A stretch of DNA of 64,000 nucleotides from Octopus sinensis (Eukaryota): positions 37,634,001-37,698,000 of the forward strand of contig NC_043007.1 of the NCBI RefSeq assembly GCF_006345805.1. The letters are read 5' to 3'. Numbering within the stretch: position 1 is the stretch's first letter; each line of letters opens with the position of its first letter. Under the pieces are notes generated by a model. That model saw only the letters and a program-made list of their open reading frames with translations, had not been told where the DNA came from and searched no databases. A program made the translations under genes and the position numbers. Shown here piece by piece: positions 63,862-64,000 of the stretch.

Positions 63862-64000
63862 TTGTAATTGACTTCTGGCGCCGTCGCTTTCTTGGAAAAC
63901 TGAGATTAGTCAGTTCGTTCCTTTCGCTTTTATCTCTTCGTCTCACAATTCATTTCACTTTCTCTTTTCACTCGCTTTCCGGGAGTTATGCCACTCTCCC

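Overview
AT-rich, repeat-dense animal genomic DNA. The SINE families and extreme microsatellite load suggest a cephalopod (Octopus-like); this is inference. Almost all ORFs in the supplied track are microsatellite or SINE artefacts. One complete spliced gene can be assembled by hand on the minus strand: a NUDT14-like Nudix hydrolase (exons 63781-63861, 44501-44544, 38694-38758, 36296-36509, 33941-34169; 633 nt, 210 aa). A probable exon of a second, unidentified gene runs off the left edge. The rest is tRNA-derived SINEs, Penelope-like elements (PLEs), L1/Tx1, CR1/L2, Gypsy and Tc1/mariner remnants, a Helitron, and hAT-, Merlin- and piggyBac-type MITEs. Two observations stand out. (1) A duplicated 44-nt exon 2 of NUDT14 (49154-49197) that can only be used mutually exclusively with the canonical exon 2, changes a conserved Trp, and lies inside a ~205-220-bp near-perfect inverted repeat. 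(2) A dense set of minimal type-I hammerhead ribozyme motifs in several unrelated PLE/retrozyme-like elements, including a recurrent CUGUNGA core variant and an element joining a tRNA-derived Pol III promoter to a hammerhead. Repeat boundaries are hand-estimated.
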